64,000 bases of DNA from Camelus ferus (lineage: Eukaryota). Positions within the stretch are counted from its first letter, which is position 1. Each line of letters begins with the position of its first letter. The notes below the pieces were generated by a model, which was given only the letters and a program-made list of their open reading frames with translations, ran no database searches and had not been told where the DNA came from. Both the position numbers and the translations under genes were made by a program. Shown here piece after piece: positions 23,934 through 37,692 of this stretch. The DNA lies in assembly GCF_009834535.1 (NCBI RefSeq), contig NC_045704.1, positions 12,090,001 to 12,154,000 on the forward strand, written 5' to 3'.

Positions 23934-25352
23934 TTTTGATGTTCTCTGGACCCCCAAACTGTTTCCTCTCCCACTCTCACCAAATCCTTCCTGTGTTACA
24001 GGTGTGTCTTCAAGCTGAGGGGCCACCCACCACCACCCCATCTTGGTAAGACCCCTTATGCCTACTCCCTGACCCACTCAGATCTAAAATAACTCACCCT
24101 TGTTTTCAGTGCCTTCACATCAGATACCTCTGGGACCTAATTTATATGCCAGCAGTCATGCTTGGGATTTACCTAGCTCTGCTGTTCTTGGGCTTAGAGG
24201 TGTTAATCAAGTGATTGCTCTCCTGAGCCTCAATTACTCTGCCTGTAGAGTGGGCACAACACATCAGGAACAGATGGGCCCCTAGGCCTCTGTGCAGTTG
24301 GGTGGGGGGTAGTGATGTTTCCTGCCTTCACAGGTGAGGGTTGGATAAGGCGAGGAGTACATGGGCTGTGGAAGGGGAAATATATATGGTCATTTCTCAG
24401 TGTCCATGGGGGATCGGTTCCTGGGGCCCCATAGATACGGAGGGTAATGTGTATGTATTTGGGTTTCAGGGAAAAGGACTAATCAGAAAGCTAATTTTCA
24501 AACTCAGCAGAAGAAAAGAAACAGCAGGGCTGGAATCATTATCACTCTTACAGTGGGGAGCGGCAGCGGGTGTAGACTGAATACAGTGTCGCCTTCAGCA
24601 AAGATTAGGCAGTTTCCCCATGAATCATATCTCTATAAACTGATACAGTTATTAAGGTTACCCTCAATTTACACAGTAGCCATTGTCAAAGGATGTGGTT
24701 TATCTGGAGAATGTTTCAGGAGTGTTTCAAAGAGCTAAATCATCAGATAAGTTGGTATGTGTGTTCCCCAAAAAGAAACAAGTGTTCTGAGCTCTAGGAG
24801 GCTTTTTCTCTGTCCCTTGGGTGTGGGGAGCGAGGAGGATCATGGCTCTGGTGGAACAGTCCTGACTTCTCAATAGAGTCTGGACCCAAATCTCCATTCC
24901 CATTAATAAGGTTGATTTCTGATAACAGATGGGAACGATTGTTTTCTAAATACATAACAGAGAGAACAGAAAGGGTATTCTCTGAGGTTCTCAGAGGTTT
25001 AGACTCCTGCCGACAAGCACCTTAGGGATGAGAGCTGCGTGCCGTGAAGGGTTAGCTCAGAATGCAGCTCATCAGAGTGTCTTTCTGGGGGGGCTCATCT
25101 CTCCGTCCTCTGCGGAGCTCTGAACCTCATCGCGGACTGAGGAAATTTCCGGGGAAGTGTGGAGTAGGGAGGGGGCCCGTCGGGCAGGGATATGTGAGGG
25201 GGGCAAGGAGAAGCAAAGCAAGACAGCAGGATAGGGAAGCCCTAAGGGACACGTAACATCTATCGATTTCCGAGGCAGCGCTGTCCAACAGAGCTAGCAA
25301 GATGGAAACGTTCTATGGTCTGGTTGGGGGAGGGAGGCAGTTTAAGGGCACT

Positions 25353-25449
25353 GGGACCCCCATGATGTCCAGCACTGGGCTCTGATCTCTGGTGAGGACA
25401 TGGTGCCCCCGCCCCGGGACCTTTGACCCCTGGGGTTCTGAGGGGTCCC
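25353..25449 (+). ncRNA. SNORD88A: Box C/D snoRNA SNORD88 (positional 88A-like copy)
   Basis: Perfect stem GGGACCCC/GGGGTCCC, C box 25362, same guide and D', D box 25438-25441; A/B naming is by position only. Confidence 0.85.
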
Positions 25450-25849
25450 GCCTATAGGGAAGGGTGGATGGGGGCCATGGTTTCCCTGCACCCCACCAAC
25501 CCTCTCTTGGATCCCCCACCCTTTCCTGTCTGCAGGTGGTTCCTTCAGGAGTTGAGCAGCCTGGCCATCCCTCGGTAAGAACAGAAGAGACTCCCCTTGT
25601 TAATACCATAGTAATCGTTAGACTTACAAGATTCTAAATTTATCGTTCATTAAATCTATAGGGTTAGCTCAGAATGCATGGTAATAGGTCCTGGGTTCGA
25701 TCCCTGCTGCAGAGATGGTTTGGGGAGGGTGGTAAGAGATTGTGAATGCAGGAGGGGCTAGGATTAGAAACAGGCCAACCCAGGGGTGGGGAGGTTAGGG
25801 GCTTTGCAGTGAGGTGTGTTCAGTCAAGGCTCCTGAAGGGGCCATATTT

Positions 25850-25945
25850 GGGGACCCCCATGATGTCCAGCACTGGGCTCTGATCTTCTGTGAAGACACA
25901 GTGCTCCCCCAGGACCTTTGACACCTGGGGATCTGAGGGGCCCCC
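25850..25945 (+). ncRNA. SNORD88B: Box C/D snoRNA SNORD88 (positional 88B-like copy)
   Basis: Stem GGGGACCCC/GGGGCCCCC, C box 25860, guide, D', C', D box 25933-25936. Confidence 0.85.
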
Positions 25946-26146
25946 AGCTCTGTGGAGGGATGGGTGGGGGCTGTGGTTGCCCTGTGTGCCTCCAACCTCC
26001 TCTTCCCCACCCCCACTCCTTCCTTTCTGCAGGTGGTTCCTCCAGGCGTCCCAGAGCGCCACCATTCCTCTGGGTAAGAACAGAAGTTCTCATGAATGCC
26101 ATAATAATCATATTTATTTTATAGTTAACAAAATGTAGAGATTATG

Positions 26147-26351
26147 GGGAGGGTGTAGCTCAGTGGTAGAGTGCATGCCTAGCATGCAGAGGGTCCCAGG
26201 TTCAATCCCCAGTACCTCCATTTTTTTTTAAAAAAAAAAAGCACCTAATTACCTCACCTCCCCAAAGAAATATTTTTTAATAAATAAAATTTTTTTAATG
26301 TGAAATTATATTTTTTTAATGCTCAAAAAAAGAATAATTGAAAAAAATTTT
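26147..26351 (+). mobile_element. vic-1-like SINE with a 15-16 bp TSD
   Basis: TSD AATGTAGAGATTATG(G) at 26132 and 26352; inserted in the last intron of the host gene. Confidence 0.88.
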
Positions 26352-26529
26352 AATGTAGAGATTATGGTAATAGTATAAAGGCAAATGCTGAGCACGTAAC
26401 TGACCGGGCACATTTCTAAGCACTGGATTCATTTAATCTTCACAGTAACGCCATGATGTTGGGGGTGGGGGAAGCTGCTACAGGAGCAGCTGGTGTGGGG
26501 GGAGCGTTGCATTGGGACATCCAGTATCA

Positions 26530-26620
26530 GAGCACCCATGATGCCTAGCACTGGGCTCTGATCTCCCATGAGGATACCGTGCCCCCCAGGACCTTGACAT
26601 CCGGGGGTCTGCGGGGCCCA
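26530..26620 (+). pseudogene. Fourth, degenerate SNORD88 copy (D box CTGC)
   Basis: ATGATGCCTAGCACTGGGCTCTGA...TGAGGA...CTTGACAT...GGTCTGC; guide and D' intact, D box mutated at 26612, weak terminal stem. Confidence 0.75.
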
Positions 26621-26740
26621 GCTCCAGGGAGGTGCCTGGTGGCCGGGTGTGTGGGGCTATTTCTCTGTGCCCTCCCTGCAGCACCCGTGGCCGCGCCCCT
26701 CCCGGCCTCTTCCCGTCCCCCAGCTGGAGCAGCCACAGCC

Positions 26741-27607
26741 ATGGCCGAGAGAGCCCTGGCGCCCACCCAGGTGGGGCGGGGCGACCGCTACTACACGTAC
26801 ACTGAGCTCCTGGCCATCGCGCGGCGCTTCAGGCAGAACCCCAATGAGCTCATGATCACCTGGATCCTGCGGGTGTATGACCAAGGGGGCCCAGCGCTGT
26901 CCCTGAATTCCGGGGAGCTGGCGCTGCTGGGCGACCTGACCAGTGATGCCGTCTTCAACTACCACTGCAAGGCCCTGCGGGGTGGCTGCCGAACGCTGCT
27001 GGCCTGGCTGCTGCTGGCCTGGCGCCAGCGCTGGGAGTCCTTCCTGCACTTCGAGGCCACTGAGCTGCCTTTCCGGCCCTGGACCACCATGGAGGAGGGC
27101 ATCCAGCTGGTGCGCGAGCTGGGCATGCTGGACTGGATCTACCGAGAGCCACCCCTGCCCAGCGAGCCTGAGCGCCCGGCGCCCGAGGACGTGCCCTTCA
27201 CGCAGGGCCTGCAGCGGCGCCTGCTGACGGCCGCTCCCTCCGAGCTGCGGCTCTCGCTGGTCAGCCTTCTGGTCAAGGGCATGACGGTGCTGGAGGCGGT
27301 GATGGAGATCCAGACCATAGCCGATGTTGGCCTGCTCTGGCGCCAGAGCCAACCTGGCCGCACCAAGCTCATGCTGGGGCCCAACCCAACGCGCAAGGAC
27401 CTCATGGGCTGGCTGCTGAGCCACGGCGTGCCCAGGGAGCGGGTGGACAAGCAGCCCACCAAGGTCCTCCTGGAGCTGTACATCAAAGAGGCCAAGCGCA
27501 GCCGCAGCCATGCCGCCTACGGGCTGGAGGAGGAGCAGCCCCCGCCTCCCCCATACTCTGACCAGGCCAGCGGAGGGGACCCGTCAGTGCCCGTGCGCCA
27601 CGACTAG
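26741..27607 (+). CDS. C19orf48: Intact single-exon ORF, 288 aa, ERV-L/Fv1-like Gag capsid-derived protein (C19orf48 orthologue)
   Basis: Acceptor CCCCAG at 26718-26723, Kozak GCCATGG. Motifs YTYTELL..RQ..E...WILRVYDQGG..L...E...LG.L..D..FN, LLAWL...W..RW, EEGIQLVRELGMLDWI, PEDVPFT..L...L..AAP and WLLSHGVPRERVDKQPTKVLLELY align colinearly with recalled HERV-L/MuERV-L Gag. The internal MTVLEAV..EIQ and EE.PPP.PY.DQ match the recalled human C19orf48 peptide. Confidence 0.88.
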   Translation: MAERALAPTQVGRGDRYYTYTELLAIARRFRQNPNELMITWILRVYDQGGPALSLNSGELALLGDLTSDAVFNYHCKALRGGCRTLLAWLLLAWRQRWESFLHFEATELPFRPWTTMEEGIQLVRELGMLDWIYREPPLPSEPERPAPEDVPFTQGLQRRLLTAAPSELRLSLVSLLVKGMTVLEAVMEIQTIADVGLLWRQSQPGRTKLMLGPNPTRKDLMGWLLSHGVPRERVDKQPTKVLLELYIKEAKRSRSHAAYGLEEEQPPPPPYSDQASGGDPSVPVRHD

Positions 27608-28290
27608 GCCCCAGGGTCCAGCTGGTTCTCAGAGCGGGGCAGGGAGGCTAAATCCCAGGCGAGCCAACTGGCAGGGAACAGGGACATTGGAGGGGAGGCC
27701 CAAAGCCTCGGCAGGGTCTCCTGTGTGCCCCTGAATGGACTGAGGGACGCCCCTGGCCACCCTGTGGGCCTCACTGGCCAGAGCTGGAGATGAACGGCTC
27801 CTGGCCGAGAGCTGCCGCAGGATTCGGGGAGAGTCTGCTACATTTCATTCTGATACACTTGAGCCCAGTGGGTGTCGGGGGGTTGGTACCCACCGCTCTG
27901 CCACCTGGGCCCCCAAAGCACTGCAGGCCAAGTGGGAGAGCCCGAAGCCCACGACATGGAAGCACCTGGAAGTTTGCACACTTTCTCAAGGCTTGTTTTA
28001 AATGCAGTATTTTAACCTGTTACTTTTTCAGCGTAGAAGGGGTTTTAGGGAGGCTCTTTCCCCCCTTTGTGATGTCTTTTCTCTTGAGACCTTTTTTATG
28101 CAAGGCCTTTTCTCTTTTAAAATGGAACTTTGCCCTTTGCTCACCTGGGGAAGGTGCAGCCTGTTTCTTCCGGTTCCTCTAGCTGGGTGTGTGGCTGGAG
28201 TGTCTGCTAAATGCCTGGGTGAGGAGTGCTGGGGCCCAGAACCCCAGCTTTGTGGGGATGGACAGCCCTGGCAGACAGTGCCAGGCACCC

Positions 28291-28296
28291 ATTAAA
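28291..28296 (+). terminator. ATTAAA polyadenylation signal of the gag/host transcript
   Basis: ATTAAA followed about 20 nt later by a GU-rich tract (ctgtgtgtgagctgtgctgtttgg). Confidence 0.55.
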
Positions 28297-28877
28297 CACC
28301 TCGCATGTCCCTGTGTGTGAGCTGTGCTGTTTGGCTGGGTTCTGGTGTGGAGCTGGAAGGAGAGCCGTCCCCCAGTGAGGCCAGGGTCCCCAGGCACAGA
28401 TGGACAGCACCCCCAGTGGTGTCCCCATCTCCTTAGCCATCCCAGCAGTCTGCTGAGGGAAGGGCTGCTCACAGCAGTAGGGTAGAGGAATCAACTAGAA
28501 CTTTCTTTGGGTCTTCTGTGTATCTATAAACAAGAGGCTCCCCCAGGACCCGGAAGTGCAGAGGGCATTCCTGGGGTCCTGTGACCGTCACGCAACTCCC
28601 CAGGCAGGCAGGCTTAAACAGGTACCAGTGTGCGTGTACGGATGTGCAAATGTGTGTGTGGAAACACTGCACAGCAGTGCAGGAGCGCACACGTATATGT
28701 ACATGCACGTGTGTCACAACATGCACACGCTCAACTGCCCGTGGCTTCCAGGCCAGGCAGCCCTCCCTGCCTTCCCCCGACGCACACAGTAAGTCACAGA
28801 AGCCAGGGCAGCAGGTGACGAACAGATGTGTTGGGATCCAGTGTGTGTTGTGGGGAAGGGGTGGTGCCCGATCTGGC

Positions 28878-33060
<4,183 letters not shown>

Positions 33061-33589
33061 TTCCACACAGCCAGACGCTGAGCTCAGCCCGCTGTCTGTG
33101 CCGCAGCCCCACCTGCTCATTACCCGGCCTGAGCCACCCCCCCAGGAGAGCAGGTCCCAGCACGCCTCCCCCTGGAGCCCGATCCCCCGGGGCCTTCGTC
33201 AGCCTTGGATTAACCCATGGAGTAACCCACTTCATCTTTACCGCAACCCCAGGAATCATCTATCTGATCATCACCCCCTCCATTGCTCAGATGGAGAAAG
33301 CGAAGCACAGCGCGGTTAAGTAATTCGCCCACAGGAACACGCTAGTGAGCAGCAAAGCTGGGATTTGAACCTGGGCGCCCTTAAACTGGGCATAGAGGGA
33401 GGGAGAGACCCCTGCCCCTGCCCCACATTCTAGACTCCTCCCTCCCCATGCCACCCATCACCGCTGAGTTGGTTCTTTTCCACACCCCTTAAATACTGGG
33501 GCTCTTTGAGGCTCTCTTGGGCCTCCTGGTGATTCTGTCTTCTTCCCGAGCCACCAGCAACTGGCGAACCCACGTGGCCCAGCGATCGG

Positions 33590-33810
33590 ACCCCTACACC
33601 ATGGAGTTGGACAGGTTGGGTTCAAATCCCAGCTTTGCCGTTTATAAGCTGTGTGACTTTGGGCAAGTTGCTGCACCTCTCAGTGTTGTAGTTGCCTCAC
33701 TCATGAAATGGAAGCACAGTCTGTACCTCAAAGAGGTGCTTTGAGGATGAATGAGTTCAAATACATTCAGCCTTTAAAACAGGCTTTCGCAGAGTGACTG
33801 CTCAATAGCG
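33590..33810 (-). mobile_element. MIR SINE
   Basis: gggttcaaatcccagctttgcc...tgtgactttgggcaagtt. Confidence 0.7.
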
Positions 33811-33829
33811 TTAGTTATTGATGCCAGGA

Positions 33830-34270
33830 AACAAATTTCTCTAAAGTTTAGTGGGTTAGGACAGTAGCCATTAATTATGCCTCACAGTTTTTGTGGGCCA
33901 GGAGTTTGGGAGTGCCTTAGCTGGGTGAGTCACATGACTCACGTGGGCTGCAGTCATGTGAAAACTCGACTGGGCCTGGAAGAGCCACTTCCAGGCTTAC
34001 CGATGTGGCTGTTGGCTGGAGGCCTCAGCCCCTGACCACATGCACCGCCTGTAGGACTGCTTGAGCCTCCTCACAGCATGGCCACCAGCTTCCCCCAGAA
34101 TGACTGAGCCAAGAGATAGCAATGTCTTTTATAGCCTCACCTCAGAAATCACCCTCTGCCGTTTCCACCACGTTCTGCTGCTTATACAGGTCAGCCCTGT
34201 TCCACGAGGGAGGGGACTTCACGGGGCCTGAAGAGCAGGAGGTGAGACTCTTTGGGTTAGGGTTAGGGAG
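33830..34270 (+). mobile_element. MaLR/ERVL LTR remnant (MLT-type)
   Basis: ctcacagtttttgtgggccaggagtttgggagtgccttagctggg...cctcacagcatggcc. Confidence 0.5.
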
Positions 34271-34304
34271 GCTGGCTGCATGGTAATGTTCTTTAAATAA
34301 ATTA

Positions 34305-34592
34305 AAGATGTCTTGTCATAGAAAACAAATTCATGGTTACCAGGGGAGAAAGGGTGGGGTGGGAAGGCATAAAATGGGAGTTCCAGATTTGCAGATACTA
34401 ACTACTGTATATAAAATAGGTGACAATTTTGTACCTTGTTGCACAGAGGAATATATCCGATACCTTGTAGTAACCCATAATGACAAAGAATATGAAAAGG
34501 AATACGTGTATGTACGTGTATGACTGAAACATTATGCTGTACACCAGAAACTGACACAACATTGTAAATTGACTATACTTCAATTTTTTAAA
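34305..34592 (+). mobile_element. LINE-1 3' end (camelid L1)
   Basis: aaacaaattcatggttaccagggg...gacacaacattgtaaattgactatacttcaa. Confidence 0.8.
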
Positions 34593-34609
34593 AAGATATC
34601 TTGTCAGCC

Positions 34610-34950
34610 CACTTCCTGAGTCCCCCTAAAATTGGTATGTTGAAACCCTAATCTCCAAGGTGGTGGTATTAGGAGGTGGGACCTTTGGGAGGTGATTAGG
34701 TCAGGAGGGTGGAGCCCTCATGAGTGGGATTAGTGCCCTTATAACAGAGAACCCAGGAGCTCCCTGGCCTCTTCCACCTCATGAGGGCACATTGAGAAAT
34801 TGGCCATCGATAAGCCAGGCTCTCACCAGGCACCGGATCTGCCAGTGCCTTGATCTTGGACCTCCAGCCTTCAGAACTGTAAGAAATATATTGGTGTCGT
34901 TTATAAGCCACCTCGTCTGCGGTATTGTGTTATAGCAGCCTGAACAGACT
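34610..34950 (+). mobile_element. MLT1A-like MaLR solo LTR
   Basis: ccctaaaattggtatgttgaaaccctaatctcc...gggtggagccctcatgagtgggattagtgcccttat...cagccttcagaactgtaagaaa...atagcagcctgaacagactaag. Confidence 0.75.
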
Positions 34951-35339
34951 AAGTAAGACAAGCCCCATCTCGCAAGGTCCTTGACGTAATCACCTCTGCA
35001 ATGTCCCTTAAGCCACGAGAGGGAAATACTCAGAAGTTCTGGATTAGGGTGTGGGCAGCTTGGGGCCGTTATTCAGCTCACCACACAGGAAAACACGAGT
35101 GGCTTTCTGCACCCCTCTTACCCACTTCTCACCCTTCCTCGTCCTGCTCTGTGCCCTAGAGGAAGCCTCTGACTTCAGCTGCGTCCTGGCCCCCCTGCTC
35201 TCGGGGTCCCTGCTGGGGTCAGCCACTGATGGAAGCAGTAGCTCCAAGGATGCAGGGCCCTGACGGTAGCGTAGCTTCCTCTGGGGCCCCTGACCCTTGA
35301 GGTCCTGGTGACATGGATCTCTCCCTGCCTTTTGATCCC

Positions 35340-35900
35340 TAGGGGTGTGTATTGATCTGCTAATAAACGACCACAAGCTGGCTGGCTTAGACACCAGAAA
35401 CTATCGTCTCCCAGTTTTGGAGGCCAGAATTTCAAAATCACGTTCTCAGAAGAGGGGGGTGGGGAGAAGGAGGGTAGAGCTCAGTGGTAGAGCACATGCT
35501 TAGCATGCACCAAGTCCTGGGTTCAATCCCCAGTGCCTCCATTAATAAATAAATAAATAAACCTAGTTATCTCCCCCCACCAAAAAAATCCTGTTGCTAA
35601 AAAACAACAATAATAAACAAACCAAATAAGAAAAAAGAAGAGAAAAACTCAAGGTGTCGGCAGGGTTGGTCCCTTCTGAGGGCTGCAAGGAAGGAGCTAT
35701 TCCCTGCCCGTCCCCAGCTTCTGGTGTTACTGACAACCCTTGGCTTATAGAAGCATCAGTCCGGACTTTGTGGTCACGTGGCCTTCTCCGTGTGTCTGTT
35801 TCTGGGTCTCTTCTGGGACACCAGTTATGACCGGATCTTAAGTTGATTTACGTCCACAAAGACCCTATTTCCAAATAAAGTCACATTCACAGGTAACAGG
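35340..35900 (-). mobile_element. MLT1 MaLR LTR interrupted by a vic-1-like SINE (about 35461-35650)
   Basis: The LTR text (accacaagctggctggcttag...caaggtgtcggcagggttggtcccttctgagggctg...ccaaataaagtcacattcacagg) is split by a SINE head and tail. Confidence 0.65.
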
Positions 35901-36572
35901 GATGAAGACTCAAACCAGTCTTTTTGGGGGACTCAGTTCAGCCCCGACTGGGTGGTCTCAGCTCCCCGATTTTGCTAAGCCCAGTGCTGCACTGTCCTGC
36001 CACCTCTGAGCATGGACCCTGCATTGGACTCTCTCCAATTAAACCCTTTTGAGCTGCGTCTGCTGCTTCCTGCTGCAATGCTGAGAAAGAACACCCTTCC
36101 AGATTTTTAAATGCACATTTTTTCCATATGTGTACTTTTTTTACACAAGTGAGATCACAACTCACGTGCAATTTTGTAACAATCTCCTCATTTTTGTGTC
36201 AATAACACTTTCACCTCATCTATACCCACTCCTTTCAGAGGTCCCTGATATCTCCCCAGATATCTTTTGCAGCTGGTTTATCCAAACCAGAACCCAGTTC
36301 AGGGTCACCCACCAAATCTGGCCGTATGTCTCTTATGCATTTGTTTAAATATAGCGAGTCCACTTGCTTTGATTTTGTTTTGTTTTGTTTTGTTTTGGGA
36401 CAAGGACTTGGAGAGACCATGCCAGTTGCCCTGTTCAATATTTTGCCTTCTGGAATTTTCTAGTTGGTGCCCAAAGGTAATAGGCGATTCTTATCCTTTC
36501 CAGGATTTGCGTTGTATAAAGTCACTGGGAACGCGGGATTAGCAAATACGGAATCATTGCTGCTGGGGAAAA

Positions 36573-36617
36573 TGTGTGTGTGTGTGTTTGTGTGTGTGCG
36601 TGTGTGTGTGTGTGTGT
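36573..36617. repeat. (TG)n microsatellite
   Basis: Directly visible. Confidence 0.9.
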
Positions 36618-37692
36618 ATCACATGGATTATAATCTTAAATCCTAAAAAAATACTCATTCTGGTAGATTCCTTTTTTTTAATTTTATTTTACAAACTAGG
36701 AAATTTGCCTAAGGCCACCCCACTCGCAGGTGCCAGAGCTGGGGTTCAAACCCATCCCACTGGCCCCAGAGCGGGAGCTCCTCACTGAGCACCACCTGCT
36801 CCAGTCTCCGGCCTCTGGACCTCCCTCTGCTGAAGATCTAAAGCCCGAGAGCAGAGAAGCATCACCTTGATCGACCTCAGCTGGGAATGTGCACCTTTTG
36901 AGACTCAAAATTTTAGCACTCCATGCAGAGATGGAACTGCGGAGAAGGAGGGCTGACGGCCCTTGCTCCGCTGCCCTCTGTATCTCAGGTAACCTGGAAG
37001 TTAGTTCTAAAGGTGTGATGGACAGAAAGAAACATAGGTGTCTACAAAACTGTCAGGAGGGCTGGCTGAGCAGAAGTCAGGGGCCGCTGGAGGGCTGTGG
37101 GAGACAAGGGCGTGTCACTGTCCCTGTGGCCCAGAGATCAGGAAGCTGCTGCCTTTGCCACGATTCCTACTGTTATAACTGCTGCTCCTGCCCCCAAAAC
37201 TGGCGGCCAGGCTCTGGGATGCTCAGTTTAATCACTGCTACGTCTCTCCATCTTGTACTGGAGGAAATTTTGCCCAGGCCACTTCACCTGCTCTGCTGGC
37301 CTCCAGCCTCCGCCTGCTCTGACATATTTCTGGCACCCAGAGCTGACCCCCTCCCTCCCTGCTCCCAGGCCTCCCATGGCTCCCCAGCACCCTCCACAGT
37401 GGTGGTGGGGAGGGAGGACAAACACTTCAGTGTAGGGTTGCAGGTTTGAGCTCTTTGATCTCAAATGTCCCATCCCAAGTCCAGATATCCCCCTGTGACA
37501 TTCTGCATGCCCCTTCACCCAAGCCTCTGCCCCAGGGTCCCCTCTACCCAGAATGCCCTTCTGTCATCACCATGGCTGCCATTCTGGTCTCCCGGGCAAC
37601 CCCCTCTCAGGTTCTGCTGACGGATCTTCCTTCTCTGGCTGAGAGGTCCAGGAAAGGGAAAGGGAGGTCAAGCAGCTCTTCAGCTGAAACCC

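Larger units (their letters stand above)
22125..26740 (+). other. C19orf48: Non-coding 5' leader exons of the SNORD88 host transcript (C19orf48 locus): about 22125-22148, 23767-23803, 24002-24045, 25536-25574, 26033-26073, then terminal exon from 26724
   Basis: Each 37-44 nt exon has a pyrimidine tract+AG acceptor and a GTAAG/GTGAG donor. Each snoRNA D box lies about 80-110 nt upstream of an acceptor. Synteny between KLK1 and ACP4 with SNORD88. Extra exons in 22150-23766 cannot be excluded. Confidence 0.65.

Noticed and set aside
24395-24455. About 60-bp element made only of MER2-like termini
   Set aside because: Internally deleted MER2 fragment with no evidence of function
25049-25710. 18-bp direct repeat GGGTTAGCTCAGAATGCA, the second copy followed by a B-box-like GGTTCGATCC
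   Set aside because: Best explained as internally deleted SINE/tRNA-like debris; too short to call a gene
26579-26740. GTG-initiated N-terminal extension of the gag ORF in the ORF track
   Set aside because: It runs through the fourth snoRNA copy and the polypyrimidine tract; the acceptor at 26723 and the Kozak ATG at 26741 explain the start better
26657-27511. 284-aa antisense ORF over the gag gene
   Set aside because: Shadow ORF produced by the strong G/C third-position bias of the sense frame; no independent splice, Kozak or protein-family signal
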